In this document: piece after piece, positions 1-2,313 of the stretch
Position numbering within the stretch: the first letter of the stretch is position 1
Layout: each line of letters starts with the position of its first letter
DNA from: Escherichia coli
GTDB taxonomy: Bacteria; Pseudomonadota; Gammaproteobacteria; Enterobacterales; Enterobacteriaceae
Length of the DNA: 2,313 nt
Assembly (NCBI RefSeq): GCF_024223415.1
Contig: NZ_CP100508.1
Direction: 5' to 3' (one strand)
The notes under the pieces: generated by a model
Databases searched by the model: none
Seen by the model: the letters and a program-made list of their open reading frames with translations, nothing else
What the model was told of the DNA's origin: nothing
Made by a program: the position numbers and the translations under genes

Positions 1-81
1 ACATCGACGGTCTATGACCACCCACCAACCGAGTAGCTGCCCATCCCGTGCAAATGGGCTTTGCAGGGGGCTGGCGCGGTT

Positions 82-139
82 CCTGGCGACCTGAAAGCCC
101 CTAGTTAGGGGTATCGGCGCGCCTGGCCTCCTGAAACCC
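82..139. repeat. Imperfect direct repeat in the GC-rich left flank
   Basis: CCTGGCGACCTGAAAGCCC (82-100) and CCTGGCCTCCTGAAACCC (122-139) are about 15/18 identical with one indel, 40 bp apart. Short hairpins lie nearby: CCCCT-AGTT-AGGGG (98-111) and ATGCCC-TGAC-GGGCAT (165-180). All three forward frames hit stop codons within the first 100 bp. Confidence 0.3.
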
Positions 140-491
140 TCTGTAAGCGTTTTTCGCGCCTTCCATGCCCTGACGGGCATTTAGACCCCGTTTCGTGCGT
201 CTGGGAGGCTCTGAGCGCGTTTAACAGATGACCAGCGACTCGATCGCCTGAGATCAAATCGGGATCATCAACGATATGCGAGAGGTGGCACCGCTCGCCG
301 CAGCCCCAGCGACCGAGCCGCCAGGCTCGCGAGTGGGCGAGGAAGCGGAAGAGAACCGGAAGCTACATTGAGCACGCACGCTCAATATTAAAATTGTCAC
401 TTCGTAAATAGAGATTATGCCTCGTGCTTGTGGATACATTTAAAAATATAAGATATCCGAATTAGGCTACATACGGGCTGATCGCCAATGT

Positions 492-557
492 TGTAACGTG
501 TAGAAGATACACCTGTAACGTGTACAGGATACACCTGTAACGTGTGGGCGGTATTCG
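492..557. repeat. Iteron array: 22-bp direct repeats, two near-identical units plus one degenerate unit
   Basis: Unit 1 at 492-513 TGTAACGTGTAGAAGATACACC and unit 2 at 514-535 TGTAACGTGTACAGGATACACC are head-to-tail and 20/22 identical. Unit 3 at 536-557 TGTAACGTGTGGGCGGTATTCG keeps only the first 10 bp. The array ends about 80 bp upstream of the rep start codon. Confidence 0.8.
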
Positions 558-568
558 CGTAATCTATA

Positions 569-629
569 TTGAGTGACATTTTGTTTTTTGGGCATTATAT
601 TGTTTGTCACCTTTATAAAGTGACAAAGG
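569..629 (+). promoter_or_regulatory. Candidate rep promoter, operator-like inverted repeat and RBS
   Basis: Candidate -35 GTGACA at 573-578, 17-nt spacer, -10 TATATT at 596-601 (alternative: TTGAGT 569-574 with CATTAT 593-598). Perfect 8-bp inverted repeat TTTGTCAC (603-610) / GTGACAAA (620-627) with a 9-nt spacer, placed at the predicted transcript start and abutting the Shine-Dalgarno AAAGG (625-629). No transcription data; positions are from consensus matching only. Confidence 0.35.
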
Positions 630-636
630 CGATAAA

Positions 637-1134
637 ATGAACATTACTGAAAGAACGGATAGCAAGAAAAAAGTTTTAAGACAAAATATTACTGAGGTTA
701 TAGATAGAGAAACTGGAAACGTAACACAAGAAATAACCGATATAACAGTTCAATTTCCACAAGAACCTGCGTATGTGAAAATTTATATTGATAATTTATG
801 TGCTGTCACAAAAGCACCTGATTCTCTAAAAGATGTTTTATTTTTAATTCTTAGGAAATTGGATTATGACGGATATATTGCATTATCAACTAGATACCGT
901 AAGGAGATCTGTAAATTATTGGGAATAAAAGACGGAACATTACGTAACAGATTGTATTCATTATCAAAAATGGGGATTATTGCTAGTTGTGGCGGTAATG
1001 AATATCAGGCAAACCCTAATTTATTTGCTCGTGGTGAATGGAAAAAAATAATTGAACAGCGTCGCGAGTTTGAAATGAGAATTAAATATTCACCTAACGG
1101 TGAAACTATTATAACAACCGAAGAAATAAAATAA
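637..1134 (+). CDS. Putative plasmid replication initiator, small single winged-helix protein, RepL-like (165 aa)
   Basis: Intact ATG(637)..TAA(1132-1134) ORF from the six-frame track. AAAGG Shine-Dalgarno at 625-629, 7 nt before the ATG. Central segment DVLFLILRKLDYDGYIALSTRYRKEICKLLGIKDGTLRNRLYSLSKMGII reads as a winged helix-turn-helix. Overall size and layout (YVKIYI hydrophobic block, HTH, C-terminal NPNLFARGEWKK) resemble the RepL family (Pfam PF05732) as I recall it; this is from memory, not a search. Lies directly downstream of 22-bp tandem iterons. AT-rich codon usage matches the surrounding module. Confidence 0.7.
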   Translation: MNITERTDSKKKVLRQNITEVIDRETGNVTQEITDITVQFPQEPAYVKIYIDNLCAVTKAPDSLKDVLFLILRKLDYDGYIALSTRYRKEICKLLGIKDGTLRNRLYSLSKMGIIASCGGNEYQANPNLFARGEWKKIIEQRREFEMRIKYSPNGETIITTEEIK

Positions 1135-1143
1135 TGCGCACCT

Positions 1144-1173
1144 AAATAAGGTCTTTTTAAAAAGACCTTATTT
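1144..1173. terminator. Candidate bidirectional intrinsic terminator between convergent rep and RHH genes (perfect 30-bp palindrome)
   Basis: AAATAAGGTCTTTTT (1144-1158) is the exact reverse complement of AAAAAGACCTTATTT (1159-1173). It starts 10 bp after the rep stop codon and overlaps the RHH gene stop codon (1168-1170). The hairpin is AU-rich with a weak U-tract, so termination efficiency is uncertain. Confidence 0.5.
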
Positions 1174-1593
1174 GAATAAATCCGAACCTGGATATTTATT
1201 TTTATGTAGCCTTTTTATTATTTTTATTTCATCCTTTATTAAATCCATTTCATTATATATATCAGAAATTCGCTTCGTTACTATTTTCATTTCATCGCAA
1301 AGTAAAATTATTTTATGCATCACCTCGAGGTACTCTTTATCCTTCGGCCGCTTTCCCTTATCAAATAATTTTTTCTGCATCCGACCAAGTCGGATTAATT
1401 CATATAAATACCTGGAAGGTACGCGCTGTTTTATTTCATTATTTAAACTTGCCGTCCTGATATATTCTGAAATTGTCAGTCCTTCGTTCTTCGCTCGCCG
1501 TCTGATTTCGCTTGCAAGTCTGTTATTTACTCTAAGGGTGATAACCTTAGTTCTCTGCCGTACTTCTGAACCACTACGTTTATTTTTAGCCAT
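1168..1593 (-). CDS. Ribbon-helix-helix domain protein, MobC/MbeC-like relaxosome accessory protein or CopG-like plasmid regulator (141 aa from ATG at 1593; the track ORF 1168..1692 uses an upstream GTG)
   Basis: Minus-strand ORF ending in TAA (complement of 1168-1170). N-terminal KVITLRVNNRLASEIRRRAKNEGLTISEYIRTASLN matches the RHH pattern (beta-strand, helix, G, helix with S.SEYIR) typical of MobC/MbeC/CopG proteins. C-terminal half is K/E-rich and helical. Start at ATG 1593 preferred: GGAGAG Shine-Dalgarno lies 8 nt upstream on the minus strand (complement of 1602-1607), whereas the 33-codon extension to GTG 1692 is GC-richer than the gene body and has no properly spaced RBS. Confidence 0.65.
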   Translation of the reverse strand: MAKNKRSGSEVRQRTKVITLRVNNRLASEIRRRAKNEGLTISEYIRTASLNNEIKQRVPSRYLYELIRLGRMQKKLFDKGKRPKDKEYLEVMHKIILLCDEMKIVTKRISDIYNEMDLIKDEIKIIKRLHKNKYPGSDLFK

Positions 1594-1662
1594 CGCAATG
1601 ACTCTCCATTTTGCACGTTTGGGGTGTCGGGGCTTGCCCTGACAGGAGGTATTCTCATGCAA

Positions 1663-1690
1663 GCGAATGTATTCGCGGTATGACGAATAC
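1663..1690 (-). promoter_or_regulatory. Inverted-repeat cluster upstream of the RHH gene (candidate operator)
   Basis: GCGAAT (1663-1668) / ATTCGC (1671-1676) form a 6-bp inverted repeat with a 2-nt spacer. GTATTCG (1669-1675) / CGAATAC (1684-1690) form an overlapping 7-bp inverted repeat with an 8-nt spacer. Located 70-100 bp upstream of ATG 1593 on the minus strand. RHH proteins commonly autoregulate through such repeats, but no clean -35/-10 pair was found. Confidence 0.3.
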
Positions 1691-2160
1691 ACATCCTATC
1701 CCATTTTCCGCTGCAACTTTTCAACGAAAATAAAATACCGCGTCGTAACCTAGTATTTCTGATACAAAAAAATGATGCTTCATTCAATATTATTTATACA
1801 GATTTTAAAAATTATTGATTGTTATTTAATAAATAACACCGAATTAATTGATGTCTTTGTTGTCTGTCGTTTGTAGATTATTAGAGGAATAAAGATTAGA
1901 TCTTCTTGGTTATATAATCCATTGCCTGTTGGTAATGCGGGATTCGTCCAGAGAGCAGGAGGCAAAAGAGCAAGATGGTAGCATATGCATAAAATATAAC
2001 TATGTGAGTTATTGATATCGCGTTTATATATTAAAAATATAACTTAACGTCGCTCCTAATCTTTATTTCATCCTGGCAATGGGAGCATTAATCCCCGTGC
2101 AGTGCTCCGCCAGCTGCTGACAACCTCGACATATAACCATCGATACGATAGAACATCAGG

Positions 2161-2300
2161 GCGCGTTTCCGGCAAGAACTAACCATGGGGATGGTTTGCG
2201 TGCCAACGAACGCCGGAAACGCGCTTCAAACCTACCGAGTCGCCACGGTTCCGGCAGCGCCTTGAGCGCAACCGGAAACCGTCTGGGGAGAACCCCAGAC
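2161..2300. repeat. GC-rich cluster of three hairpin-forming inverted repeats, function unknown
   Basis: Hairpin 1: perfect 13-bp inverted repeat GCGCGTTTCCGGC (2161-2173) / GCCGGAAACGCGC (2212-2224), with a nested hairpin AACCAT-GGGG-ATGGTT (2181-2196) in the 38-nt spacer. Hairpin 2: imperfect inverted repeat CGGTTCCGGCAGCGC / GCGCAACCGGAAACCG (2246-2281). Hairpin 3: 8-bp stem GTCTGGGG / CCCCAGAC with loop AGAA (2281-2300). The motif TTCCGG/CCGGAA recurs four times. None is followed by a T-tract. Confidence 0.4.
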
Positions 2301-2313
2301 CCCCACCGCTGCA

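Noticed and set aside
147-202. Resemblance of the left flank to ColE1-type origin motifs (GCGTTTTTC, then CCCTGACGGGCAT, then TCGTGCG)
   Set aside because: The match is to short motifs recalled from memory of pBR322/ColE1, with different spacing for the third motif, and 8-13-mer matches are within chance. Not strong enough to call; an Rfam or BLASTN search against ColE1-like origins would settle it.
214-250. Possible XerC/D (dif/cer/psi-like) recombination site suggested by TGTTAAAC on the minus strand
   Set aside because: Only the partial XerD-arm octamer matches. The expected XerC arm (GGTGCG...AA) at the correct spacing is absent.
276-371. 31-codon plus-strand ORF (MREVAPLAAAPATEPPGSRVGEEAEENRKLH) with GC3-rich codons
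   Set aside because: Too short, no RBS, and open frames with GC3 bias arise readily by chance in GC-rich sequence.
254-439. Minus-strand ORF of 61 aa spanning the left GC/AT junction
   Set aside because: It straddles the compositional boundary, the C-terminal half is low-complexity (SSASSPTREPGGSVAGAAASGATS), and there is no RBS. Likely a chance open frame in GC-rich DNA.
492-557. Possible CRISPR array
   Set aside because: The 22-bp repeats are directly adjacent with no unique spacers, and only 2.5 units exist. This is the iteron pattern, not repeat-spacer architecture.
1172-1642. Plus-strand ORF of 156 aa antisense to the RHH gene
   Set aside because: Translation is extremely F/I/L/S-rich and low-complexity, as expected from the antisense strand of a K/E/R-rich AT-rich gene. 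It has a TTG start and no RBS, so it is a shadow ORF.
1527-1787. Minus-strand ORF of 86 aa overlapping the RHH gene 5' end in another frame
   Set aside because: TTG start, no RBS, overlaps the better-supported RHH start and leader, and has no recognisable motifs.
1772-1876. 34-codon plus-strand ORF (MMLHSILFIQILKIIDCYLINNTELIDVFVVCRL) in the AT-rich intergenic region
   Set aside because: No Shine-Dalgarno sequence; composition matches non-coding AT-rich DNA. Cannot be separated from chance.
312-2277. Direct-repeat similarity between left flank (312-361) and right flank (2234-2277) as possible insertion-site duplication or att sites
   Set aside because: The similarity is imperfect (about 12/14 plus an 8-mer), and the right copy lies about 160 bp beyond the AT/GC junction rather than at it, so it is not a clean target-site duplication or attL/attR pair.
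2179-2313. Open reading frames running off the right edge on both strands
   Set aside because: No start codon or RBS within the window, the region is packed with inverted repeats, and long open frames are expected by chance in GC-rich DNA. They cannot be called without sequence beyond 2313.
1-2313. tRNA or rRNA genes, transposase or integrase
   Set aside because: No cloverleaf-like sequence ending in a GGTTCGAATCC-type T-arm, no rRNA-like conserved stretches, and no ORF of the size or motif content of a transposase or integrase was found.

Overview
The window is a compositional mosaic. A strongly AT-rich block (about 362-2070, roughly 25-35% GC by eye) sits between GC-rich, apparently non-coding flanks (1-361 and 2071-2313, roughly 58-67% GC from hand counts). 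The AT-rich block carries two convergent genes: a 165-aa winged-helix protein (637-1134, +) that I read as a RepL-like plasmid replication initiator, preceded by 22-bp tandem iterons, a plausible sigma70 promoter, an operator-like inverted repeat and an RBS; and a ribbon-helix-helix (RHH) protein (1168-1593, -) of MobC/MbeC-like or CopG-like type. A perfect 30-bp palindrome between them looks like a shared bidirectional terminator. The GC-rich right flank holds a dense cluster of hairpins, including a perfect 13-bp inverted repeat. I see no rRNA, tRNA, CRISPR array, transposase or integrase, and no multi-gene defence or other system; what the sequence supports is a minimal iteron-plus-initiator replicon with an orphan RHH gene in a foreign-looking context. 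All functional calls rest on motif-level reading without database searches and need HMM/BLAST confirmation.
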